A stretch of DNA of 64,000 nt, taken from Gemmatimonadales bacterium (GTDB lineage: Bacteria; Gemmatimonadota; Gemmatimonadetes; Gemmatimonadales; GWC2-71-9). Of this stretch, positions 56,682 through 64,000 are shown piece by piece. The notes under the pieces are model-generated. The model was not told the origin of the DNA. It ran no database searches and was given only the letters and a program-made list of their open reading frames with translations. The translations under genes were made by a program, and so were the position numbers. The stretch covers positions 35,390-99,389 of the forward strand of contig DATLYZ010000079.1 in NCBI GenBank assembly GCA_035574255.1, read 5' to 3'. Each line of letters begins with the position of its first letter. Within the stretch, counting starts at the first letter, position 1.

Positions 56682-57506
56682 TCACCGCTGGCAGCGGTAG
56701 CAGAACACCGTGATCCGCTGATCTATCGCGTGGGTCGCCGCCAGGCGGGCGCCGCAGCGGCGGCAGGGTTCCCCGGCGCGATCGTACACCTGGAGCGCGA
56801 GCTGGAAGTTGCCGGGCTGGCCGGTTCCGGTCACATAGTCGCGGAAGGTCGTGCCCTCGGACTCGATCGCGGCGGCGAGGATGCGCCGCACCGCGTGATA
56901 CAGCCGGGCGAGCTCGGCTTCGGCGAGCGAGTGGGCCGGCCTCGAGGGATCGATCCCCGCCTCGAAGAGGGCCTCGTTGGCGTAGATGTTCCCCACTCCG
57001 GCGAGGAGGCGCTGGTCCATGAGCGCCTTCTTCACGGCTTGCCGGGTTCGGGAGAGGGCGGCGCGAAACCGGGCCGCGTCGAAGGCCGGATCGAGCGGCT
57101 CGGGGCCGAGCGATGCGTCGTACTCGGCCCACTCGCGGTCATCGAGCAGCAGCAACGTGCCGAGCCGGCGGATGTCCCGGTAGACGAGGACGGCCCGGTT
57201 GTCGAGGCGAGCGCGGAGCACCGCATAGCGTCCTTCGTCCGGCCGGAGGGGGCGGCGGTGGACGAGGAGGGCGCCAGTCATACCCGGCTGCACCACGAGC
57301 CGGTAGCGGTCGAACCGGAGTATGGCGTGCTTGGCCCGGCGCGTGACCTCCCGAACCACCGCCCCTCGGAGGGTGGCCAGCAGGCGGCGCCTGGACACTC
57401 CGCGCAGGACGTCGCTGTGCGACAGGGCCGCGTCCACGATCCGGCGGCCGACCAGCCGGGGACGGATGTCGCGCACGATGGTTTCGACTTCGGGAAGTTC
57501 GGGCAC
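56682..57506 (-). CDS. mutM: formamidopyrimidine-DNA glycosylase
   Basis: (M)PELPEVETI N-terminus with a GTG start. C-terminal zinc finger CRRCG...CYRCQ. Confidence 0.9.
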   Translation of the reverse strand: MPELPEVETIVRDIRPRLVGRRIVDAALSHSDVLRGVSRRRLLATLRGAVVREVTRRAKHAILRFDRYRLVVQPGMTGALLVHRRPLRPDEGRYAVLRARLDNRAVLVYRDIRRLGTLLLLDDREWAEYDASLGPEPLDPAFDAARFRAALSRTRQAVKKALMDQRLLAGVGNIYANEALFEAGIDPSRPAHSLAEAELARLYHAVRRILAAAIESEGTTFRDYVTGTGQPGNFQLALQVYDRAGEPCRRCGARLAATHAIDQRITVFCYRCQR

Positions 57507-58063
57507 GGGTGGCGGTGAGCGGTGAACGGTAAACGGTAAACGGGCCGGAGGTCCGGCTGGAAGGCCGAACGCCGGTCCCGCTCGCCGCCGACCGTGCGCT
57601 CCTGTGCCACCAGGGCTTCGCTCGCCGCGCCGCCCGCTCCGACGATCCCCCGCTCCCGCGCCACCTCGAACAGCCGCTGCTGGAGGATGCGCCGCGCACG
57701 GTGAAGCCGCGAGCGCACCGTGCCTATCGGACAGCTCAGGATCCGGGCGATATCCTGGTACGTCAGGTCCCCGGCGAAGTAGAGCAGGGCCACCTGACGG
57801 TACCCGTCGGGCAGCGAAGCGAGCGCGGCCGCGATCGCCGCGGCGTCGAGCACATGGACGAGGGTCTCCTCCGGGTCGCCGGGCGCGCCGGGCGGGGCCG
57901 CCAGCCGATCACCGAACGCCACGCCGCCGTCACCCGGCTCCTCCAAGGAATGGCTGATACGCGCCCGCTTGATCCGCCGATGCCGGGAGAGGCACAGGTT
58001 GGTCACGATGCGAAGGAACCAGGCCCCGGCACGTTCTGCCGGAGGCGAGCTCCGGCGTGGCAC
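57278..58063 (-). pseudogene. N-terminally truncated ECF sigma factor remnant
   Basis: The ORF begins (GTG) inside region 2.3/2.4 (AWFLRIVTNLCLSRHRR) and has an intact region 4 (LPDGYRQVALLYFAGDLTYQDIARILSCPIGTVRSRLHRARR). Regions 2.1-2.2 are absent, and only 39 nt separate it from the purD stop. Its tail runs 229 nt into fpg. Confidence 0.5.
57513..57547. repeat. tandem heptads CGGTGAG CGGTGAA CGGTAAA CGGTAAA (CGGGCCG)
   Basis: Read directly. The array starts 7 nt upstream of the fpg GTG. It shares 17/18 nt (CGGTSAGCGGTGAACGGT) with the array at 24381. Confidence 0.8.
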
Positions 58064-58102
58064 CGATCCGCGCCGAGGACCCCTCGGCGAACCCTGGACC
58101 GC

Positions 58103-59392
58103 CTAGGCGCTCCCCGCGCTCCGGCGGGCCGCCTCGCGCCAGCCGATGTCGCGCCGGAACACCTTGCCCTCGAAGGCGATGGCCTCGGCGGCCTCGACGC
58201 TCCGGGTCCGGGCGGCGGCGAAGGACGGGGCCACGGCCGTCACGCTGAGCACCCTGCCGCCGCTGACCCGGAGGGTGCCCGTGGCGTCCAGGGTGGTGCC
58301 GGCGTGGAACACGGTGACGCCTTCGGGGAGCGTCGCTGGCAGGCGAATGGCGGCTCCCTGCTCGGGGCGGTCGGGATAGCCGCGGCTCGCGAGCACCGTG
58401 GTCACCGCATAGCGACCCGCGGCCACGTCGAGGCGCGACGGGCGTTCGCCCCGTGCCACCCGCGCCAGGCACTCGAGGAGGCCGTCCTGCACCAGCGGGA
58501 GCACGGCCTGGGCCTCGGGGTCGCCCAGCCGGCAGTTGAACTCCACGACCCGCGGCTCCCCATCCGGCCCGATCATGAGGCCCGCGTAGAGGACGCCGGT
58601 GTACGGCGCGCCGCGGCGCGCCAGTTCGGTCAGGGTGGGCGCCAGGATCCGCTCCCGCACCCGATCGAGCAGCGCCGGCGTGGCCAGCGCCACGGGGGCG
58701 TAGGCGCCCATGCCCCCGGTGTTAGGCCCGGTGTCTCCCTCGCCTAGCCGCTTGTGGTCCTGCGCGGCCGGGAGCAGCTCGAGCGCCCGCCCGTCGGTGA
58801 TCGCGAAGACCGAAAGCTCTTCGCCCTCGAGGAACTCCTCGATCACCACCAGCGACCCGGCCTCGCCGAGCCGTCCCTCGCCCAGCATGGCCCGCACCGC
58901 CTCCCGCGCCTCGGCCCGGGTGGCGCAGACCACCGCCCCCTTGCCGCCGGCGAGCCCCGAGGCCTTCACCACGAGGGGCGCCGGGTGCCGCTCCACCCAG
59001 GCCAGCGCCTCGTCCAGCCGGGCGAAGGCCCGATGCGGGGCTGTGGGGACGCCGGCCCGCGCCATGACCTCCTTGGCGAACGCCTTGGAGGCCTCGATCC
59101 GGGCCGCCGCCCGGCCGGGTCCCACGACCCCGATCCCCCGGTCGCGGAGGCGGTCGGCGAGACCCAGGGCCAGCGGGACCTCGGGGCCCACGACGACCAG
59201 CTCGACGTGACGGGCACGGGCCGCGTCCACCAAGCCGTCGAGGTCGGTGGCGGCGATGGAGAGATTGGTGGCGAGGAGCGCGGTGCCCGGGTTGCCCGGC
59301 GCGCAATAGAGGTCGGTTCCGGGAGCTTCGCGGCGGAGGGCCCAGGCGAGCGCGTGTTCGCGCCCTCCGCCACCCACCACCAGCACCTTCAC
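58103..59392 (-). CDS. purD: phosphoribosylamine-glycine ligase
   Basis: The GTG at 59392 (VKVLVVGGGGREHALAW) overlaps the upstream stop (GTGA). ATP-grasp motifs present. 429 aa. Confidence 0.9.
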   Translation of the reverse strand: MKVLVVGGGGREHALAWALRREAPGTDLYCAPGNPGTALLATNLSIAATDLDGLVDAARARHVELVVVGPEVPLALGLADRLRDRGIGVVGPGRAAARIEASKAFAKEVMARAGVPTAPHRAFARLDEALAWVERHPAPLVVKASGLAGGKGAVVCATRAEAREAVRAMLGEGRLGEAGSLVVIEEFLEGEELSVFAITDGRALELLPAAQDHKRLGEGDTGPNTGGMGAYAPVALATPALLDRVRERILAPTLTELARRGAPYTGVLYAGLMIGPDGEPRVVEFNCRLGDPEAQAVLPLVQDGLLECLARVARGERPSRLDVAAGRYAVTTVLASRGYPDRPEQGAAIRLPATLPEGVTVFHAGTTLDATGTLRVSGGRVLSVTAVAPSFAAARTRSVEAAEAIAFEGKVFRRDIGWREAARRSAGSA

Positions 59393-60468
59393 GACTGCCG
59401 GGCCTTGCGAAAGGCGTCCCTGGCACGCTCCGCGGCCTTCCGCGCGGCGTCCACGACGTGACCGAGGGCCTCGCTGGCCTCCCGGCGGTAGTACGCGGCC
59501 GCCTCGTCGAGGTGCTCGCGGTACGGCCGGGCCTCCTCGGTGCCGCGCCGGGTGTACTCGCCGTTCAGAATCCGGTCGTAGGCGCCGTCCCGCACCCATT
59601 GCTGGAGCTCCGCGGCCCGCACGGTGTGCATCGGGTGGGTGAGGGCCAGGGTATTGAGGAGCTTGTAGACCACGTCGAGTCCCTCCCGGGCTTCGACGTA
59701 CTGGTGCGCCTGATGCACGAAGGCATCCACGTTCATCGCGTCGGCGGTGAGGCCGCTCCGGACTCCGCCAGCCAGCTTCATGAAGAGCCGCTGCGAGGCG
59801 ATGGGGTCCTGGCCCCCCAGGAGGCCCGCCCGATCGGCCGAGAGCTCCGATTTCCGGTACCACTCGAGGAACGCCAGCCGGATCGGGAGGAGCGCCATGC
59901 CGGCGAGAAACGGCAACGATCCCAGGCTCACCAGGAGGAGGATCTCCGCAATCGTCCGATAGAGCGCGTGACCGCTCATCACGTGGCCGAGCTCGTGGGC
60001 CAGGAGCGCTCGGAGCTCCGCCTCGTCCAGGATCTCCAGCGCGGCGGAGTGGAGGACGATGAACGGGTCGTCCACGCCGAAGGCGCCGGCATTGAAGATC
60101 GGCGTCTGCGAGACATAGAGTTCCGGCACCCGCGGCCAGTCGAACGTGGTGCACCCCTCCACGTGGAGCGCGTACAGCCGGGGGAACTGATCCGGTCCGG
60201 CCCGCACGGCGTTCGCCTGGAACAGGAGCCGGATCCCGCGCTCGCCGCCCAGGAGGGCGATCACCTTCTTCACCACGTCTTCGAAACCCGGCGCGGCCCG
60301 GAGCGCCTGGAGCGCTGCCCGGTCCGCGGGGTGCTCCCAGGAGACGGCGGCGATCCCAGGCAGGGTCCGGCGGGGTCGAATCGCGGGCGTGGTCATGGTC
60401 GGCTCGGGGGCGGGGGCGGGGTCAGCATCGCTACGGACCGGGGACGTCCGAGTTTCAGGTTGGGACAC
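59389..60468 (-). CDS. M48 family zinc metallopeptidase
   Basis: HELGHVMSGH...SELSADRAG. The start could instead be the ATG at 60396. Confidence 0.85.
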   Translation of the reverse strand: MSQPETRTSPVRSDADPAPAPEPTMTTPAIRPRRTLPGIAAVSWEHPADRAALQALRAAPGFEDVVKKVIALLGGERGIRLLFQANAVRAGPDQFPRLYALHVEGCTTFDWPRVPELYVSQTPIFNAGAFGVDDPFIVLHSAALEILDEAELRALLAHELGHVMSGHALYRTIAEILLLVSLGSLPFLAGMALLPIRLAFLEWYRKSELSADRAGLLGGQDPIASQRLFMKLAGGVRSGLTADAMNVDAFVHQAHQYVEAREGLDVVYKLLNTLALTHPMHTVRAAELQQWVRDGAYDRILNGEYTRRGTEEARPYREHLDEAAAYYRREASEALGHVVDAARKAAERARDAFRKARQS

Positions 60469-60534
60469 AGGCCGCCCGCCCGGGGTCGCGGCAGCCGGAG
60501 CGCCGCGCTCCCGGCCGGCTCCCCCGCCGCCGGT

Positions 60535-61704
60535 CTAGTCATCGGCCAGGGCCTGGTCCAGGTCGGCGATCAGGTCCTCGGCGTCCTCAATCCCGCAGGA
60601 CAATCTGACGAGACTGTCAGTCAGGCCCATCGCTTGGCGCATGTGGAGAGGGACCGAGGCGTGGGTCATGCTGGCCGGGTGGCCGACCAGGCTCTCGACG
60701 CCGCCCAGCGATTCGGCCAGCAGGAAGATCCGGGTGCGCTCGACGAGGCGCCGGGCCCGGGCCGGGTCGCCCAGCTCGACGGAGATCATGCCGCCGAATC
60801 CGCTCATCTGGCGCCTGGCGAGCGCGTGCTGCGGATGCGAGGGCAGGCCGGGGTAGTACACCCGCGTCACCCGGGGATGGCGGGTGAGCCACTCGGCCAC
60901 GGTGCGCCCGTTGAGATCGTGCTGGCGCATGCGGAGCGGGAGGGTCTTCACGCCGCGGAGGGCGAGCCAGCAATCCATCGGCCCCGGGACGGCCCCCGAG
61001 GCGTTCTGGATGAAGCCCAGGCGCTCGGCGAGGTCCTCCCGCCGGGTGACGAGCAGCCCCCCGACCATGTCCGAATGGCCGTTCAGGTACTTGGTCGTGG
61101 AGTGGAGCACCAGGTCGGCCCCGAACTCCAGCGGTCGCTGGAAGCAGGGCGTGGCGAAGGTATTGTCCACTACCAGGAGCAGCCCGCGCGCCTGGGCCAG
61201 GTCGCCCAGCGCCGCGAGGTCGGCCAGGAACATCATCGGGTTGGTCGGGGTCTCGCAGTAGATCAGGCGAGTGGCCGGGGTGATGGCCCGGGCCACCTGG
61301 TCGGGATCTCGCATGTCCACGAAGGTGAACCGGAGCCCGAGCGGCGCGAAGACTTGTTCCATCAGGCGATGACTGCCGCCGTAGATGTTGTCGCCGGAGA
61401 CCACGTGATCGCCGGCGCTCAGGAGCTTGAGCACCGCGTCGAGCGCCGCGAGGCCCGAGCTGAAGGCGAAGCCGTACTCTCCGCCTTCCAGCGCTGCGAC
61501 GCATCGCTCCAGCGCCTCGCGGGTGGGGTTCTGGGTCCGCGCGTATTCGTACCCCTTGTGCCGGCCCAGGCCTTCCTGGACGTAGGTGGAGGTCTGGTAG
61601 ATGGGGGTCATGACCGCGCCGGCCAGCGGGTCGGGGCGCTGGCCGGCGTGCACGGCCCGGGTGCCGAAGCCGTGGGCGCGGTCGGTGTCGAAAATGCGGG
61701 TCAT
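60535..61704 (-). CDS. Cys/Met-metabolism PLP enzyme (cystathionine gamma-synthase / beta- or gamma-lyase)
   Basis: YARTQNPT...HSTTKYLNGHSD (PLP lysine)...LAESLGGVESL. Confidence 0.9.
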   Translation of the reverse strand: MTRIFDTDRAHGFGTRAVHAGQRPDPLAGAVMTPIYQTSTYVQEGLGRHKGYEYARTQNPTREALERCVAALEGGEYGFAFSSGLAALDAVLKLLSAGDHVVSGDNIYGGSHRLMEQVFAPLGLRFTFVDMRDPDQVARAITPATRLIYCETPTNPMMFLADLAALGDLAQARGLLLVVDNTFATPCFQRPLEFGADLVLHSTTKYLNGHSDMVGGLLVTRREDLAERLGFIQNASGAVPGPMDCWLALRGVKTLPLRMRQHDLNGRTVAEWLTRHPRVTRVYYPGLPSHPQHALARRQMSGFGGMISVELGDPARARRLVERTRIFLLAESLGGVESLVGHPASMTHASVPLHMRQAMGLTDSLVRLSCGIEDAEDLIADLDQALADD

Positions 61705-61784
61705 GGGGGCGGGCTCGAGGTGGCGGAACGTACATCGGGCGGACCAGGGGCGGCAAGGCGAACCTGGCCCCGGAAAGCGAAGCG

Positions 61785-62852
61785 GTGATGCTATCTGATT
61801 GGCGGGCTGAACCGCCGGAACGCGAGCCCCTGTCGCCGCGCGCGCTGGTGGTGGACGACGACGACGACGCCCGGCGGGGGGTGGCGCGCATCGTCCAGTT
61901 GCTGGGACTCGCGACGGCCGAAGCCGCCAGCGGGGAGGCGGGGCTCGAGTACCTGGCGCGCGAGGGCGAAGTGCCGCTCATCATCAGCGACGTCCGGATG
62001 CCGGGTCTGGACGGCCTGGGCTTCCTCGAGGAGGTCCTGCGCCGTTACCCGGACACGGCAGTCCTCATGCTGAGCGGTGTCGCCGACGTGGGGACGGCGG
62101 TCGCCTGCCTCGAGAAGGGGGCGCTCGACTACATCGCGAAGCCGGCCCTGGTGGAGGAGGTCCGGGTGCGGGTCACCCGGGCCCTGGAGAAACGCGAGCT
62201 CCTGCTCCAGAAGCGGTTCTACCAGCAGCAGCTCGAGCGCCGGGTCCGCGCCCAGGCGACCCGCATCAAGGAGCTGTTCCTCCAAGGGGTGCAGACCCTG
62301 GCGCATGCCCTGGAAGCCAAGGACGCCTACACCAGCGGGCACTCCATGCGGGTGAGCCGCTACGCGGTCAAGACCGCCGTCCGGTTGGGTTTCACCGGCG
62401 AGCGGCTCGAGGAGATCCGGCTCGGGGCCGAGCTCCACGACATCGGGAAGATCGGGACCCGGGAGTCGGTCCTCCACAAACCCGGCCCGCTCACCCCCGA
62501 CGAGTGGGCCCACATCATGGAGCACGTCGTCCTGGGCGAACGCATCCTCGAGCCGCTGGCCAGGGAGACGCCGGGCGTGCTGCGCATCGTGCGGCACCAC
62601 CACGAGCGGATGGACGGGCGGGGGTTCCCCGACGGTCTGGCGGGTGACCGGATCCCGATCGAGGCCCGCATCGTCTGCGTCGCGGACGCCTTCGACGCCA
62701 TGACCACGAGCCGCGCCTACCGCGAGCCCCGTGTCCCGGCCGAGGCTTGCCGGGAGCTCCTGGCGGGCGCCGGGAGCCAGTTCGATCCCCAGGTGGTCGA
62801 AGCGTTTCTGGCGGCCTTTCCCGATCCCACGGCACTCCCGGTGCGGCTCTAG
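61785..62852 (+). CDS. response regulator with HD-GYP phosphodiesterase output (RpfG-like)
   Basis: REC domain: VVDDDDD...ISDVRMPGLDG...KP. HD-GYP domain: HDIGKIG...HHERMDGRGFPDGL. Confidence 0.9.
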   Translation: MMLSDWRAEPPEREPLSPRALVVDDDDDARRGVARIVQLLGLATAEAASGEAGLEYLAREGEVPLIISDVRMPGLDGLGFLEEVLRRYPDTAVLMLSGVADVGTAVACLEKGALDYIAKPALVEEVRVRVTRALEKRELLLQKRFYQQQLERRVRAQATRIKELFLQGVQTLAHALEAKDAYTSGHSMRVSRYAVKTAVRLGFTGERLEEIRLGAELHDIGKIGTRESVLHKPGPLTPDEWAHIMEHVVLGERILEPLARETPGVLRIVRHHHERMDGRGFPDGLAGDRIPIEARIVCVADAFDAMTTSRAYREPRVPAEACRELLAGAGSQFDPQVVEAFLAAFPDPTALPVRL

Positions 62853-63116
62853 GGCACCCCCCCCTCCGCGCGGGGGGCGGGACCGGCTGCCGCCTTCGCG
62901 TCGCGCGGCCGAGGTCGGACGCTGGTCCCGATGGCGGTCCCCCGCGAAGGCGCCGTGACCCCGGTCACGGCCCGCGCCAACGGGAGTCCCCATATCACGG
63001 GGAGCGCACACACCGTTCTGACCGCCGTCAGCCCAGGGGGACGGCCCGCCGTGACCAGCGATCCAACCGGGCGGCGCCGCCCTCCGCGACCGCCTGTGCC
63101 CTCCTACCATCTGGGG

Positions 63117-64000
63117 ATGCCGCCGGACTCCAAGCAGGCCGGGGTTCATTGCCTGGTCGTGGACGACGACGCCGAAGTGCGCCGCGCCATTCGGCGGGTC
63201 CTCGATCGTCTCGGGCTCGTGGCCCTCGAAGCGGGCGGCGGCGAAGAAGCCCTGCGCCTGCTCGAGGACACAGGCGAGATCCCGCTGGTAGTGGCCGACG
63301 TCGCCATGCCCGGGCTGGACGGCCTCGGGCTGCTCCGGGAGATCCACCGCCGCCACCCTGATACCGCCGTCGTGATGCTGTCCGGCGTCCGCGAGGCGGA
63401 CACGGCGGTCGCCTGCCTGCAGGCGGGCGCGCTGGACTACATCACCAAGCCGGCCCTGGTCGGGGAGATCGGCTCCCGGGTCACCCGGGCCCTGGAGAAG
63501 CGCGACCTGCTGATCCAGAACCGGTTCTACCAGCGACACCTGGAGCAGCTGGTGCGCGAGCAGGCCGACCGGCTGCGGGAGACCTTCCTGGAAGGGGTGC
63601 AAGCCCTCGCCCGCGCGCTCGACGCGAGGGATCCCTACACGCGCGGGCATTCGCGGCGGGTAGCCCAGTACGCCGTCGCGGTCGCGGCCCAGTTAGGCTA
63701 TGCCAGCCAGGCGCTGGAGGACGTTCGCCTGGGCGGCGACCTGCACGATATCGGCAAGCTGGGGGTTCCGGAAGCGGTGCTGCACAAACCGGGGCCGCTC
63801 TCGGAGGAGGAGTTCGCCTCGATCACCGAGCACCCCGTGCTGGGCGAGCGGATTCTGGCGCCGATCGCGCGGGACAATCCCGTGGTGTTGAGCGTGGTCC
63901 GCTCCCACCACGAACGCCTCGACGGCTGCGGCTTCCCGGACGGCCTCCAGGGCGACCGGATCCCCTGGGCGGCCCGGGTGGTCGCCGTGGCCGACGCCTT
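63117..64000 (+). CDS. second REC-HD-GYP response regulator (paralogue, truncated by the window end)
   Basis: Hand translation from the ATG at 63117: MPPDSKQAGVHCLVVDDDAEVRR...ADVAMPGLDG...HDIGKLG...HHERLDGCGFPDGL. No stop before 64000. Confidence 0.85.
   Translation, partial: MPPDSKQAGVHCLVVDDDAEVRRAIRRVLDRLGLVALEAGGGEEALRLLEDTGEIPLVVADVAMPGLDGLGLLREIHRRHPDTAVVMLSGVREADTAVACLQAGALDYITKPALVGEIGSRVTRALEKRDLLIQNRFYQRHLEQLVREQADRLRETFLEGVQALARALDARDPYTRGHSRRVAQYAVAVAAQLGYASQALEDVRLGGDLHDIGKLGVPEAVLHKPGPLSEEEFASITEHPVLGERILAPIARDNPVVLSVVRSHHERLDGCGFPDGLQGDRIPWAARVVAVADA

Noticed and set aside
58061-58105. The purD TAG is in the same frame as the sigma remnant, raising the idea of programmed read-through or a fusion.
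   Set aside because: purD is already full length (429 aa). A hairpin and 13 non-homologous codons intervene. The frames coincide with one-in-three probability, so no evidence supports recoding.
61791-63650. A 619 aa ORF on the minus strand. Similar very long ORFs occur at 2821-4656(-), 2544-4247(+), 15875-18151(+), 16026-18587(-), 36427-39450(-), 39461-41506(-), 41857-43458(-), 22772-24874(+), 24793-26583(+), 54038-55702(+) and 59458-61788(+).
   Set aside because: All lie antisense or out of frame to genes with unmistakable family motifs (HD-GYP, ETF-QO, dapD, guaB, permeases and others). Their products are Arg/Pro/Gly/Ala low-complexity strings. These are typical shadow ORFs of high-GC DNA.

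Overview
High-GC bacterial chromosomal segment, about 70% GC by eye. Gene content and protein style (a GWxTD-like protein, a planctomycete-cytochrome-like lipoprotein, many signal peptides ending in AAQ) suggest Gemmatimonadota or a related soil lineage; this is inference only. About 60 tightly packed genes, mostly housekeeping, many with ATGA/GTGA start-stop overlaps. They include:
- arsR, trxA, an ETF-ubiquinone oxidoreductase and a GGDEF cyclase
- a MoeZ / CysO-like / ThrC-like sulfur-carrier operon
- a globin plus Ser/Thr-kinase pair
- asd-dapB-dapA-dapD
- htpX-terC
- a long queD-fdhD-mobA-mobB-moeA operon
- gpmI, guaB, two amino-acid permeases, nrnA, a NifU-like gene and apbC
- an ECF sigma / anti-sigma module
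- ubiE and ubiX
- fpg, a UvrC-like gene, a GWxTD-like gene and nadE
- purD, a metB/C-type gene and two tandem REC-HD-GYP regulators

I saw no rRNA, tRNA, CRISPR array, transposase, integrase or phage gene. The most informative signals are not ORFs:
1. A yybP-ykoY (Mn2+) riboswitch with promoter and terminator in front of htpX-terC.
2. A leader-peptide attenuator (Cys-codon sORF, anti-terminator, terminator) in front of the ThrC-like sulfur-carrier operon.
3. A strong terminator only 22 nt upstream of asd.
4. A REP-like palindromic element family in at least 8 copies, including a 4-unit tandem array.
5. Heptanucleotide tandem arrays immediately upstream of two start codons.

The many long Arg/Pro/Gly-rich ORFs antisense to clearly homologous genes are treated as high-GC shadow ORFs. 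All functional calls rest on motif recognition by eye, not on database searches.
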